DNA of 64,000 bases, taken from positions 17,226-81,225 of the forward strand of contig JBAZZX010000005.1 of the NCBI GenBank assembly GCA_041658585.1, read 5' to 3'. The notes under the pieces are model-generated. The model was given only the letters and a program-made list of their open reading frames with translations, ran no database searches and had not been told where the DNA came from. A program made the translations under genes and the position numbers. Origin of the DNA: Thermodesulfovibrionales bacterium (GTDB taxonomy: Bacteria > Nitrospirota > Thermodesulfovibrionia > Thermodesulfovibrionales > SM23-35). This document shows, piece by piece, positions 46,597 through 56,075 of the stretch (position 1 is its first letter; each line of letters opens with the position of its first letter).

Positions 46597-47381
46597 TTTT
46601 TGATCGCTGCAAGTTCTTTCTTTGCATCTTTGACCAGCACATCATTTGGATATTTCTCAACAAGGCGGGTGAGATATTCCGAGGCTTTATCTTTTTGTTT
46701 GAGTTTATTGTAAGACATGCCGGTCAGGAAAATAACCGAAGCCTCTCCTTTGTAATCCGGATATTTCTTCAGCAATTCTTCAAACCTTCCGAGCGCGGCA
46801 GTGTAGGAACCCTTTTTATAATAAAACTCTCCGACAAGGTATTCATAGTCGGCAATAATATTTCTGCTTTTCTGTATCTTCAATTCAATCTCTTCTTTAT
46901 AGGGATTCCTTGGGTACCTTTTCTTCAGCTTCTCAAATTCCTCAAGGGCCTTTGCAGCCCCGCTGTATCCCCGTTCAGGCCCTTCTATCTGATTGAAATA
47001 CACCATGGCTATCTGGTACTGGGCATAGGAGGCGAACTGATTGTCAGGATAGGCGTCCAGAAACTTCTGATATTCCGCAATCGCAAGCTCAGGCTCGTCT
47101 TCTTTCACATATGAGTCGGCTATCTTCATCTGTGCCAACGGCGCAAATTTTTTGGAAAAATCCCTGTTTTTTACCTCAAGAAATGCCGCCCGGGCCGCTT
47201 CATAGTCCTTTTTCTCGAGCTGCTCGTTAGCATTTGTGAATGCCTTCTCCGGGTCAAAGGCTTCCGAAGGCTTCACGGCAGACTTGCCGGAGCAGGAGAG
47301 CGAGAAAAGCAGAAGCAGAACGATGAGAAAGACCTTCTGAAATGGAAGGGTTTTCCCAAATATAGAGTATGAGTGTTTCAT
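46593..47381 (-). CDS. bamD: outer membrane protein assembly factor BamD (TPR lipoprotein)
   Basis: Lipobox LFSLSCSG. TPR-like repeats with ...AQMKIADSYVKEDEPELAIAEYQKFLDAYPDN..A.YQIAMVYF. Confidence 0.8.
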   Translation of the reverse strand: MKHSYSIFGKTLPFQKVFLIVLLLLFSLSCSGKSAVKPSEAFDPEKAFTNANEQLEKKDYEAARAAFLEVKNRDFSKKFAPLAQMKIADSYVKEDEPELAIAEYQKFLDAYPDNQFASYAQYQIAMVYFNQIEGPERGYSGAAKALEEFEKLKKRYPRNPYKEEIELKIQKSRNIIADYEYLVGEFYYKKGSYTAALGRFEELLKKYPDYKGEASVIFLTGMSYNKLKQKDKASEYLTRLVEKYPNDVLVKDAKKELAAIKK

Positions 47382-47422
47382 TGCAGAATATTATAGCACA
47401 AGTCGATTTATCAACGGTTGCA

Positions 47423-47869
47423 TTATACCTTTAACTCGGACGTGCAATGCGCACAGCGGACGGCCTTAACGGATATTACCGAAAGACAAAACGGACATTC
47501 TTTTGTCGCAGGCGCAGGCGCCTCTTCTTTTTTCTTCAGTCTGTTGACATTCCTGATGACAAGAAATACGGAAAAGGCAACTATCAGAAAACTCATGATA
47601 GTATTGAAAAATACTCCGTAGTTCAATGTTACGGCGCCTGCATCCTTGGCAGCAGCAAGAGTCTCATAAGGTCCGGGCACTTTCCCTTCTTTTAGTACTG
47701 TAAACAGGCCGGAGAAATCTACATTTCCGAGCAAAAGACCGATCGGCGGCATGATAACATCGGCAACAAAAGAAGTTACGATAGCGCCGAAGGCAGCGCC
47801 GATAACGATACCGACACCCATGTCCACTACATTTCCTCTCATGGCAAATTCTTTAAAGTCCTTTAGCAT
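47423..47869 (-). CDS. mscL: large-conductance mechanosensitive channel MscL with C-terminal CxxC..CxxC tail
   Basis: [28 protein letters not shown] is near-identical in pattern to the E. coli MscL N-terminus. Start trimmed to M7 of the ORF. Confidence 0.9.
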   Translation of the reverse strand: MLKDFKEFAMRGNVVDMGVGIVIGAAFGAIVTSFVADVIMPPIGLLLGNVDFSGLFTVLKEGKVPGPYETLAAAKDAGAVTLNYGVFFNTIMSFLIVAFSVFLVIRNVNRLKKKEEAPAPATKECPFCLSVISVKAVRCAHCTSELKV

Positions 47870-47971
47870 ATCTTTTCTCCTTTCCATAACATTAAAGATG
47901 TATTTACCCGTCCGCTTTCTTTGTGTTATCCTTCTGTATAGTTTAGCAAACTTTTCAAACGTTATATAGTT

Positions 47972-49786
47972 ATGGCCTTTACCGGAGACTTAGAACATCT
48001 ACACATAGTTGACATTATTCAACTGCTCCATACGACGAGGAAGTCCGGCACGTTTTCCGTCAAAGGGAGCAGGGGTGAAAGCCGGATAATTTTCAGTAAC
48101 GGGTTTATCGTAGGCGCAAGCCATCTCAATAACAGCGTGCGCATAGGTACGGTCCTGGTGAGAATGAACGCCGTAACCCAAAAAGATCTCGAAAAGGCGC
48201 TTGAACTTCAAAAAAGCGCCGGCAAGGACCGCAAGCCTTTAATCTCCACTCTCATCGAGCTGGGCAAATTAACTCATGAAGAAGCTTCAAAAGGACTAAG
48301 GAAGCTGATCGAGATAACTGTCGTAGAATTGATAGGCTGGACTAAGGGGACCTTTACCCTTGATACGGAAGATATTGCGGTCACTCCCGAATGCAGTTAT
48401 CCCATCGGCAAGATGGAGCAGGCAATGGGCCTCGACGCTCAAATGGTGTTGATGGATGCTCTCCGGGTTTTTGACGAGCGGGAACATAATCGCCAGTCCG
48501 GGGGGAATGTACCGTCATATGAAGATTTGTTTTCAGATGTGATTTCATCAGACAAGGCCGTAGAAAAAGCGCGAAAGGATTCGGTCCTTACAGCAGATGA
48601 CCTGGGCCTGGCGGATCTCGACCATCTGGAGAGAAAAATACCTCAATTTTCCACGGCCAACGAGATTTTCGACCCCATCGAAATTCACCGCCACAAAATC
48701 CGGGAGACCCTGTCCGATTTTTCAGCCGAAGAGCAGGAAGCCTTTGTCTCTTTTCTGGAAAAATCTGCGCCAAGTATAATTCCACTTGACGGGCCGTCAA
48801 GGCAGGAGGGCCGGTCTCAAGCCCTTATACTCTTTAGCGAGGACGAGTTCATCAAACATTCCGTCATGACTATCTGCAAAAACGAGGGCGTACTTGTGTT
48901 TACAACTGACGGGGAAGAGGAACTCGACCGTATTATAGCCCAATGCCTATTAATAAAAATGTCACCCGTCATAATTTTTGACAGCCCCGAAACATCCGGG
49001 GGGATACTTTCCGAAGAGAAGATCGTCAGCCTGCGGCGAAAAGTAAAGGCGAGATATCCACAGGTTCCCTCTATCCAGATGGCTTCTCCGGCAGATTACG
49101 CCTTTACATTACAGTCCTATAATGAAGGGATAAGGGCGGTTTTCCCCAAGCCTTCAAAAAAGTCGGGGAAAGCAACGTTTATTGAAGATACTATTATATT
49201 TCTGAAAACCTTCAAATCTTATATTAAAGGATCTTTTCTTGAGCTGAACAACCCGGGAGCAACGGACAACAAACTGAGCAGGATCAAAGATCGCTTCCTG
49301 TCCATCCGGGACATTCACGAACCCCGTGACGTCTCCTTTGCCCTTCTTCAGTTAGTAGCCGAAGTATTTGAACGATCCGTTACTTTTATTGTTCGCCCGA
49401 CTGAGCTTGCCGGCGAAAGGTCCATAGGAGTTTATTCCCAAAAGGACCGGGGGCCGGATTCGGCAGCAAGGCTGAAGATTCCCTTGACAAGATCCTCGGT
49501 GTTCCGTGATACGATTGAAAACGGACGGGTTTTCTATGGAGAGAGTGATGATGAAGTCTTAAAGGAACATATCTTTAACACAATTGGCAAGCCCTTGAGG
49601 CCTAATATAATACTCCTTCCTATGAAAAGTAACGGGAAAATTATGACCCTGACATACGGCGATTTCGGCAGAAAAAATGTACCGCCGGTGCAACCCGATG
49701 AACTGGTAATTCTGGCAAATCTGGCCGGCCTGGTTGTCGAAAACGCCCTTTACCGTAAATTGTATAAAAAGGCGTCCCAAAAATGA
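47972..49786 (+). CDS. DUF4388 (PATAN-type) domain protein with receiver-like and GAF-like regions
   Basis: N-terminal [26 protein letters not shown] (DUF4388 hallmark, by recollection). Central LILFSEDE...VIIFDSPE receiver-like segment. The C-terminal third is GAF-like. Confidence 0.7.
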   Translation: MAFTGDLEHLHIVDIIQLLHTTRKSGTFSVKGSRGESRIIFSNGFIVGASHLNNSVRIGTVLVRMNAVTQKDLEKALELQKSAGKDRKPLISTLIELGKLTHEEASKGLRKLIEITVVELIGWTKGTFTLDTEDIAVTPECSYPIGKMEQAMGLDAQMVLMDALRVFDEREHNRQSGGNVPSYEDLFSDVISSDKAVEKARKDSVLTADDLGLADLDHLERKIPQFSTANEIFDPIEIHRHKIRETLSDFSAEEQEAFVSFLEKSAPSIIPLDGPSRQEGRSQALILFSEDEFIKHSVMTICKNEGVLVFTTDGEEELDRIIAQCLLIKMSPVIIFDSPETSGGILSEEKIVSLRRKVKARYPQVPSIQMASPADYAFTLQSYNEGIRAVFPKPSKKSGKATFIEDTIIFLKTFKSYIKGSFLELNNPGATDNKLSRIKDRFLSIRDIHEPRDVSFALLQLVAEVFERSVTFIVRPTELAGERSIGVYSQKDRGPDSAARLKIPLTRSSVFRDTIENGRVFYGESDDEVLKEHIFNTIGKPLRPNIILLPMKSNGKIMTLTYGDFGRKNVPPVQPDELVILANLAGLVVENALYRKLYKKASQK

Positions 49787-49837
49787 CGGACATTAATACA
49801 AATATATCGCCGTGTATGATTCAAGAAAGGAACGATT

Positions 49838-50905
49838 ATGGACATTGCCACCCTTACACAAATCTTAGATATCGCTTTTAAAAAGAAGGTTTCCGATATC
49901 CATTTTGAAGTGGACAATCCCCCCATATTCAGGGCCCGCGGGCACATGATCCGTTCTAAACTGAATATCCTGACGAAAAAAGATACCGAGTTTATAGCTT
50001 CCACTGTTCTGGAGCAAAGCAACCGCAAGCTGCCTGAAAACTTAATGGAATTAGACACTTCTTACGCGTTGCCGGACGTAGGACGTTTTCGTGTCACCAT
50101 CTTTCGTCAGCGCGGCAATATCGGCATTGTAATGCGTGTCATACCTCACCATGTAGGCGCTTTCGAAGAACTTAATCTTCCTGCCGTATTGGGGAATATA
50201 GTGAAAGCCCCGAACGGCCTGGTCCTTGTCTGCGGACCCACGGGCAATGGTAAATCTACCACCATGGCCTCGATGATCCGGTATATTAATGATAATTTTA
50301 ATTATAGTATTATTACTATCGAGGACCCTATCGAGTTTATTTTTCATTCAAATCAAAGCTGTATTATCCAGAGAGAACTGGGTATTGATACGGAGAGTTT
50401 CGGCGGCGCCTTAAAAGCGGCCATGCGTATGGACCCGGATGTAATTATGGTCGGGGAGCTGCGCGACATGGAAACGATCGACGCCTGCATCAAGGCTGCC
50501 GAGACCGGGCATCTCGTCCTGTCGACCCTGCATACCTCTAATGCGGCTTCCACAATCAACCGCATTGTAGGGTTCTATCCCCCCCAGACACAGGAGAGTG
50601 TCCGCCACAGACTCGCAGAGATACTTGTGGCAACGATCTCTTTGCGGCTTGTAAGAGAAAAGAGCGGCGAAAAAGTCCTGCCGGCCCTGGAGGTGATGTA
50701 TACGACGTCTACCATCAAGGCCTGTATTCGGGAAGGGCACCTTGATGAGATCGAAAACTATATTGAAAAAGGACGCGATGAATATCAGATGCAGACGCTT
50801 GACCAGCACCTGATTCAACTCTGCAGACAGAATATCATAACCCTTGATGAAGCAAAGAGGATTTCCCGCTCAACAGACCTTGAACGAAAGCTGATGTATA
50901 ATTAA
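49838..50905 (+). CDS. pilT: type IV pilus retraction ATPase PilT
   Basis: ASDIHFE.., GPTGNGKSTT Walker A, ITIEDPIEF, MVGELRD, GHLVLSTLHT all align by eye with PilT. Confidence 0.9.
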   Translation: MDIATLTQILDIAFKKKVSDIHFEVDNPPIFRARGHMIRSKLNILTKKDTEFIASTVLEQSNRKLPENLMELDTSYALPDVGRFRVTIFRQRGNIGIVMRVIPHHVGAFEELNLPAVLGNIVKAPNGLVLVCGPTGNGKSTTMASMIRYINDNFNYSIITIEDPIEFIFHSNQSCIIQRELGIDTESFGGALKAAMRMDPDVIMVGELRDMETIDACIKAAETGHLVLSTLHTSNAASTINRIVGFYPPQTQESVRHRLAEILVATISLRLVREKSGEKVLPALEVMYTTSTIKACIREGHLDEIENYIEKGRDEYQMQTLDQHLIQLCRQNIITLDEAKRISRSTDLERKLMYN

Positions 50906-50926
50906 AAATCCGTTTATAAACCGACT

Positions 50927-51541
50927 CTACTTTATCTGAAAGCTTGCTTCTTTAGAATCGCTCGCATAAGGACTTTGCACGGTCGTGATAACGTTATATT
51001 TCCCCTTTTTAGCGTCATTCGGCAGCGTTACAGGTATAGTGCTGACATATGTCCCATCCGCGCGCGACACATTTACCTGCGGTTTCCCGAAAATCTCGCC
51101 TTCATATCTTATTTCCCGTATTTCTGAAATGTTTACTTCTTTGCCTGCGCCGACGCCGAGCAGCGCATAGGTCATTTTCAGTTCGATGGTATCCCCCGGC
51201 ATAGCCGTAGCAGGAACAACGGAAAAGTCTTCAATTCGTATCAAATTGCCCTGTGAAGAGCTGTAGTTATATTTCCTGGCAGTCTCATCTTTTGTCCTTT
51301 TTTGGTCATATGCATAGTGTCCGATTGCGCCTCCGGCAAGCGCTCCGGCGAGCCCTCCGAGTATCGCCATCTCCGTCTTTGCCCCCTTTGCTCCAAGAAG
51401 CGTGCCGGCTACCGCGCCGGTTACCGCACCGATTCCGGCTCCCGTTGCTGCGCCTTTATGTTCTTCAGTTACGGATGCACAGCCGAAAACACCTGTAAAA
51501 AAAGTCAGGATCACTGTGATGGAAATAATTTTTCTATACAT
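50927..51541 (-). CDS. lipoprotein with glycine-zipper region and beta-rich C-terminal domain
   Basis: Lipobox FGCAS. GAATGAGIGAVTGAVAGTLLGAKGA...GGLAGALAGGAIG glycine zipper. Confidence 0.65.
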   Translation of the reverse strand: MYRKIISITVILTFFTGVFGCASVTEEHKGAATGAGIGAVTGAVAGTLLGAKGAKTEMAILGGLAGALAGGAIGHYAYDQKRTKDETARKYNYSSSQGNLIRIEDFSVVPATAMPGDTIELKMTYALLGVGAGKEVNISEIREIRYEGEIFGKPQVNVSRADGTYVSTIPVTLPNDAKKGKYNVITTVQSPYASDSKEASFQIK

Positions 51542-51598
51542 GTCTTATCCTCCTTTTCAGTCTTTAATGCAACGTTTTTTCAGGGGCCGCTCTTCCTT

Positions 51599-51715
51599 TC
51601 AGCCCTGCCCCTGGTCAAAAATTACCATCCGCTTTTCCGCTTCTGCCTGAACAACAGCCAAAGACAATAAAAATAAACCTATACAGAGAAACAATATGAA
51701 ACGTTTTTGCTTCAT
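51599..51715 (-). CDS. possible small exported peptide (38 aa)
   Basis: AAGGAG-5 nt-ATG. MKQKRFILFLCIGLFLLSLAVVQA/EAEKRMVIFDQGQG. It is below the ORF-track size cutoff and has no homology support. Confidence 0.3.
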   Translation of the reverse strand: MKQKRFILFLCIGLFLLSLAVVQAEAEKRMVIFDQGQG

Positions 51716-51779
51716 AACTTCTCCTTTCCAGTTTATGTAAAAAATTGTTGCCCCTATATTTTCGTTTTTCTTTTCTGCA

Positions 51780-52205
51780 TCAAAAGCGACGGTATAAAAA
51801 CTCTGCAGGTTTCAAAACCGTGGTCCGATAGAATCGCTTTTGATAAAGATCCCTGAAGTCGCGCTCATTTCCGGTAAGGAAATATTCGATCCCATTGTGT
51901 ATTGCGGTCGAAAGAATTATTTTGTCGTTATCAGGCAGCATTTGAATTGGGATATTCATGTTAACAAGGATATCTTCGAGAACTGTTGTGTGTCTGATAA
52001 GGGTGCTTAAAAAAGGCGATGCCGCCGGTTTCTTGATCTTGATGTTAAATATGGCTTCTTCCTTCACAAGGTTTGATATGTAGATTTCTATGTCGCCTGC
52101 ATCTTGAAGTTCGTATAGCAGATAGGAACGGGACCTATCCTTTCCCGAGTATGCAATCGAAAAAAGGACATTGCTGTCCAGAAAAACTGTCAGCTTCTTT
52201 TCCAC
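51780..52205 (-). CDS. PIN-domain toxin (VapC-like)
   Basis: VFLDSNVLFS..., ...ILSTAIHNGIEYFLTGNERDF. Overlaps the upstream AbrB-type gene. Confidence 0.8.
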   Translation of the reverse strand: MEKKLTVFLDSNVLFSIAYSGKDRSRSYLLYELQDAGDIEIYISNLVKEEAIFNIKIKKPAASPFLSTLIRHTTVLEDILVNMNIPIQMLPDNDKIILSTAIHNGIEYFLTGNERDFRDLYQKRFYRTTVLKPAEFLYRRF

Positions 52206-52444
52206 TTCGAGAAGATTTCCTTTCTCTCACCTTTCTTAATCACATCCTTACCCAGGATATTCCGGACGTAATCATCGGAAAACTCTCTTAGAGGAACTGT
52301 CACCACCGGCCTTATCAGTATGCCGTCATCTTTTAGTTCTATCACCACTGGGGATTTCGGTTTAATCCCCAGTTTTTCCCGGTATTTTTTCGGGATTGTT
52401 ATCTGTCCCCGTTCTCCCAATATCAATGTCTCCATGTTATACAT
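52190..52444 (-). CDS. AbrB/MazE/SpoVT-family antitoxin
   Basis: GERGQITIPKKYREKLGIKPKSPVVIELKDDGILIRP swapped-hairpin motif. Confidence 0.8.
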   Translation of the reverse strand: MYNMETLILGERGQITIPKKYREKLGIKPKSPVVIELKDDGILIRPVVTVPLREFSDDYVRNILGKDVIKKGERKEIFSKWKRS

Positions 52445-52832
52445 CTCCTCTGCTACTTTTTTCTATTATTGCATATTTACTGCAATTCTGCAAATAAGAA
52501 AATTAGATATTGACTCAACGGTCTGAATTCTCATCGAAGTAACCTGAGCGTTGTGACTACGCCTTCTCCCGGTCAGGTATAATAGAAAATCCTTTTCAGA
52601 GGTGAATATGTGTACCAGGAATTAAATGCAGTCATTATGCCAAACGGCTCCATTCAAATGGAATGGACGGACACTCAAAAAAGATATCTGGCACAAGATC
52701 AAAACCTCATGCGAAGACACACTTGTTCAAGCGGATATTATATGTTCGCATTATAGGAGGAAGAAGGGCATGAAGGCTCATGGATACTCTATAAGTGCCG
52801 GGATGAAAACTGTAAATATTAGCGGAATTATA

Positions 52833-54362
52833 TTATTGAGACAACTCAGGACGTTCCATTTCTTCCTTGATAAATTTTGCAAAAGCTGTAATCTTGCCAC
52901 GCACGGATGCGTCCTCTAACGCTGACATATACTGTTTCCGCCTTTGCAGTCTGATAACAGTCCAGGGATATCCTCCCGATGCAAGCATGACGTTCATAAG
53001 AAATCGTCCTATTCTTCCGTTACCGTCCAAATATGGATGGATGTAAACAAAGATAAAATGGCCAAGAACAGAACGGACACCGGCATCCTGTTCCTTGTTG
53101 AGTAAATCAAAGAATATTTCCATGCAATCCAAAACCGCTTCTTTCGGCGGCGGGACATGCTGTGAGTTTTGGATAAAGACCGGACCATTTCGATATCCTG
53201 CGAGATCAGAAGGCTTTAAAAACCCTGCCTGGACCGATGGAGAAAACATCTGAGAATACCATTCCTGGAGATCAGCTTCGGCAACTTCCGCATGGGTTTC
53301 ACCTCTGAAAATTTTCTTTATACTTTCTTTTACCGACTGGAAAGCGAGGTTATATCCTTTTGCAGCCATAGCCTCTCTCTGCTGTCTGTCTGAATCTACA
53401 GATTCAGGATTCCATTTTCCATCCCTGATACGCTCAATCAATTCAGGAGTCACCCGATATCCTTCGATAGACAGAGAATTGTAGGCATCATTGACATAAA
53501 TTTCATCTATTCTTTTGAGATAATTGTCCGGTTTTTTCGGTATTCCGGGTGCTTTTGGAAAGACCTCTATTACCTGTTCTTTCATTGAGTTCCATAAGGT
53601 CTCAATTCTGGCAACATAGGGAGAAATAACCCTGGTTCCTGCAATAAGTGCCGGAGAAAAGCGGTCAAAGGGATCAGAAGGCCTTACAGTCAGGCCGGCT
53701 GCGACCATTCCTTTCAGGATACTCTCGGCAATCTTTGTTTCACCTAAAAAGTTGTATGCCCCGGCAAGACGTCCGGCAACCGATGTGCTCCCTTTCTCAA
53801 GGAGTATGTGCAGTAATGGAGAAGCATTTTTTATCATGCGCAGCGCCAGTTCTGCTTCATTCGGCTCATTTTTAAAAAAAGTTGCCGATACACGACAGAG
53901 CGCTGCGGGCAAATCCATGATCCAAAGTCCGTTCTTTTTTACCCTTTGACCCGGAAAGTTTTTTCTGTCTTGGTACATTAACAAAGAACTATTGAAAGGC
54001 AGGGACAGATTCTGAACACCTTTCTTTTTTGTTATCACTACAAGCTGGTTGGGGACAATCGTGGAATCCGTATGTATCTTGATTGAAGCTTCAGGGGAAA
54101 GACAGTAACCATGATGGTATCTTTCAGTCAGATATCGCCGGATGAATGACCAAAAAGAAACATACCAGGAAGTGCTGCTCCCCTTCTGAAATGATGGACT
54201 GGTGACAATAAGCCAGCCCTTTACGGCTTCTTCCAGGAAGCCGTTCCGCAGCAGCCGTTCACGATGAGTTCTGCTGATTTCGGATGACTGGACCACTCCG
54301 TCATGTTCTACTTTTCGCAGAATTTCAAGCGAGCCGGCAAGCAATTCTTTCGGGGTTGCCAT
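52833..54362 (-). CDS. Fic-family protein, class II (internal inhibitory motif)
   Basis: Fic motif HPYLDGNGRIGRFLMN. An upstream SLSIEG matches the (S/T)xxxE(G/N) inhibitory helix. ~270-aa N-terminal extension. Confidence 0.9.
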   Translation of the reverse strand: MATPKELLAGSLEILRKVEHDGVVQSSEISRTHRERLLRNGFLEEAVKGWLIVTSPSFQKGSSTSWYVSFWSFIRRYLTERYHHGYCLSPEASIKIHTDSTIVPNQLVVITKKKGVQNLSLPFNSSLLMYQDRKNFPGQRVKKNGLWIMDLPAALCRVSATFFKNEPNEAELALRMIKNASPLLHILLEKGSTSVAGRLAGAYNFLGETKIAESILKGMVAAGLTVRPSDPFDRFSPALIAGTRVISPYVARIETLWNSMKEQVIEVFPKAPGIPKKPDNYLKRIDEIYVNDAYNSLSIEGYRVTPELIERIRDGKWNPESVDSDRQQREAMAAKGYNLAFQSVKESIKKIFRGETHAEVAEADLQEWYSQMFSPSVQAGFLKPSDLAGYRNGPVFIQNSQHVPPPKEAVLDCMEIFFDLLNKEQDAGVRSVLGHFIFVYIHPYLDGNGRIGRFLMNVMLASGGYPWTVIRLQRRKQYMSALEDASVRGKITAFAKFIKEEMERPELSQ

Positions 54363-54592
54363 AAATCCCTCTCATTGTGATGATAGAGTATATTACTATG
54401 TTTTTAGGTAGTTTATCAACTATGTTTTAATGTTGTTTCATGACTATGTGATTGTATCCGGATATATTTTGCTTTCCTGTTTATAGCAAACAGTTCCATG
54501 AATAAATCCTTTCTGCAATCTTTGCACGTATTCCACACATTTTTATTGTAAGCCCATCGAATTCTCTGTTTATTTTCATTCTATTTTTCTGT

Positions 54593-54823
54593 TTACTTGT
54601 ATAACCTTAAAAATTCCTCTACGGTTAATCCTGCCTTTGATATCTGATCCCTTAACAATCCCTGCTTTATGGGTTTGCCTTTATGCACAGGGATCGACAG
54701 AATATTCGCATTGCCTTCTTTCGTTAGTTTCACATGACTCCCTGTCTGTTTTCTTGTTTTCCACCCCGCCCTTTCAAAAGCTTTAATAACCCTGTCGGGT
54801 TTCAGGTTATGCAGGCTCCTCAT
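54593..54823 (-). CDS. hicA: HicA-family toxin
   Basis: LKPDRVIKAFERAGWKTRKQTGSHVKLTKEG...IPVHKGKPIKQGLLRDQI. ATGA overlap with the upstream gene. Confidence 0.85.
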   Translation of the reverse strand: MRSLHNLKPDRVIKAFERAGWKTRKQTGSHVKLTKEGNANILSIPVHKGKPIKQGLLRDQISKAGLTVEEFLRLYK

Positions 54824-55452
54824 GAAGCTTTTCTGACCTTTCTCTCTTCCTCCAATACCTCAAGATGTCCCTTAATTGAGTCCTTTATCATCTCCAGGGC
54901 TTCTTCCACGGTATCGCCCTGCGAAGCGCATCCGGGAAGCAAAGGGCATTCTATCCAGTAACCTCCATCTTCCATATCAGGATGAAGAATGACGGGATAT
55001 TTTTTCGCCCGGACCGTTACAGTATATTTTCTTTCTTTTCGAAGTGACAAGACATCTCCCTTCAGGGTTTCGACGATTTCTCCCAATGCAATGGAAAAAA
55101 TCAGTTGACCGCTTTTAAGCGTATCAATAATAATTTTATTATCCTTAGTAAGCACAAATATCGTTTCGCCATCCGTCAAAAATTTGAGTTCCGAAAGCGG
55201 CCTCTCTATTGCGGGCATATTTTTTTTAAGATAGCTGATGGCTTTTCTGATCTTCTGAAGACTAATTCCCTTATCCATTAAAGTCTTCGCGACCTTCAAT
55301 TGTATAAGGTCATTAAAAGAGTAAAGTCTCACAGAGCCATAGCCTGAAGCTTCACTTACGGAGGGTTTTATGAAATGAGTCCTGTCCCAGTAATCGACCT
55401 GCCTTGCACTTAAACCGGAAATTCCGGAAATCGTTTTTGTATTAAAGTTCAC
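54820..55452 (-). CDS. MerR-HTH / HicB-domain fusion antitoxin
   Basis: The N-terminus ISGISGLSARQVDYWDRTHFIKPS...RLYSFNDLIQLKVAKTLMDKGISLQKIR is a MerR-type HTH. The C-terminus YPVILHPDMEDGGYWIECPLLPGCASQGDTVEEALEMIKDSIKGHLE is a HicB fold. GTG start behind AGGAGG. Confidence 0.8.
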   Translation of the reverse strand: MNFNTKTISGISGLSARQVDYWDRTHFIKPSVSEASGYGSVRLYSFNDLIQLKVAKTLMDKGISLQKIRKAISYLKKNMPAIERPLSELKFLTDGETIFVLTKDNKIIIDTLKSGQLIFSIALGEIVETLKGDVLSLRKERKYTVTVRAKKYPVILHPDMEDGGYWIECPLLPGCASQGDTVEEALEMIKDSIKGHLEVLEEERKVRKAS

Positions 55453-55473
55453 TCTACACCTCCTAATTATAGG

Positions 55474-55499
55474 TTATAAATACATTTATGTATTTATAA
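55474..55499. promoter_or_regulatory. perfect 12+2+12 palindrome, candidate MerR-HicB operator
   Basis: TTATAAATACAT tt ATGTATTTATAA, 22 nt upstream of the GTG start and overlapping the predicted -10. Confidence 0.6.
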
Positions 55500-55524
55500 T
55501 AACAATGATAATTGTATTTGTCAA
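55496..55524 (-). promoter_or_regulatory. sigma-70-type promoter of the merR-hicB/hicA operon
   Basis: The minus strand reads TTGACA - 17 nt - TATTAT. Confidence 0.5.
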
Positions 55525-55594
55525 TATGTAAATAAGCAATGGGTTGAGAGGGAAGATTGCCGCGCTCCGCTTGCAATGAATATACCGGGAAATA

Positions 55595-55669
55595 TGGAGC
55601 CGGTGGGGAGAGTCGAACTCCCGGCCAGCTGATTACGAATCAGCTGCTCTGCCTCTGAGCTACACCGGC
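55595..55669 (-). tRNA. tRNA-Thr (anticodon CGU), CCA encoded
   Basis: The reverse complement GCCGGTGTAGCTCAGAGGCAGAGCAGCTGATTCGTAATCAGCTGGCCGGGAGTTCGACTCTCCCCACCGGCTCCA folds as a cloverleaf: 7-bp acceptor stem, GCTC/GAGC D stem, GCTGA/TCAGC anticodon stem with loop TTCGTAA, GGGAG/CTCCC T stem. Confidence 0.93.
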
Positions 55670-55785
55670 ATAAAGAAAGCGGGACAACGTGAAGCGGTAA
55701 AAGAAAATTATAATAAAATATATCCGTCTTGATTTTAATGCATTTATCAGACTCCTTGCAACTACTCATCATGAATCCGTTTTAC

Positions 55786-55977
55786 CATTAACCCAAAAAC
55801 TGCAGATGTCTAAAATAAATTTATTTAACTCGATGATTTTATTTAAAAAGATAGTTCATGATAATTGCATAAAAATATTTTGGTAATACATCTTTATAAG
55901 TACACTATTGTATCGAAAAATAAATTTATTTTAGACATCCCCAGTTTCTACGGCAGTTTAGTTGTTTTTTTCGGGTA
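55786..55977 (+). repeat. MITE-like AT-rich element, family 2, copy 2
   Basis: Aligns end to end with 24198-24392, in the same orientation. Confidence 0.85.
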
Positions 55978-56075
55978 AAAAAAAGAGGGAAAGCCGCCTC
56001 ACGGTGACATTCCCTCGCAATCCATCTTGGGGAGTCAGGATTGTCTTGTATTTACATTACGTTTCCTTATCTCAA

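Noticed and set aside
51541-51790. Search for a direct repeat of the tRNA-Thr 3' half marking the far border of the TA/Fic islet
   Set aside because: I could find no match to GAGTCGAACTCCC or neighbouring tRNA sequence by eye. No att-type boundary is claimed.
55521-55772. 83-aa ORF overlapping tRNA-Thr
   Set aside because: It overlaps a well-folding tRNA gene on the same strand and has no SD or homology.
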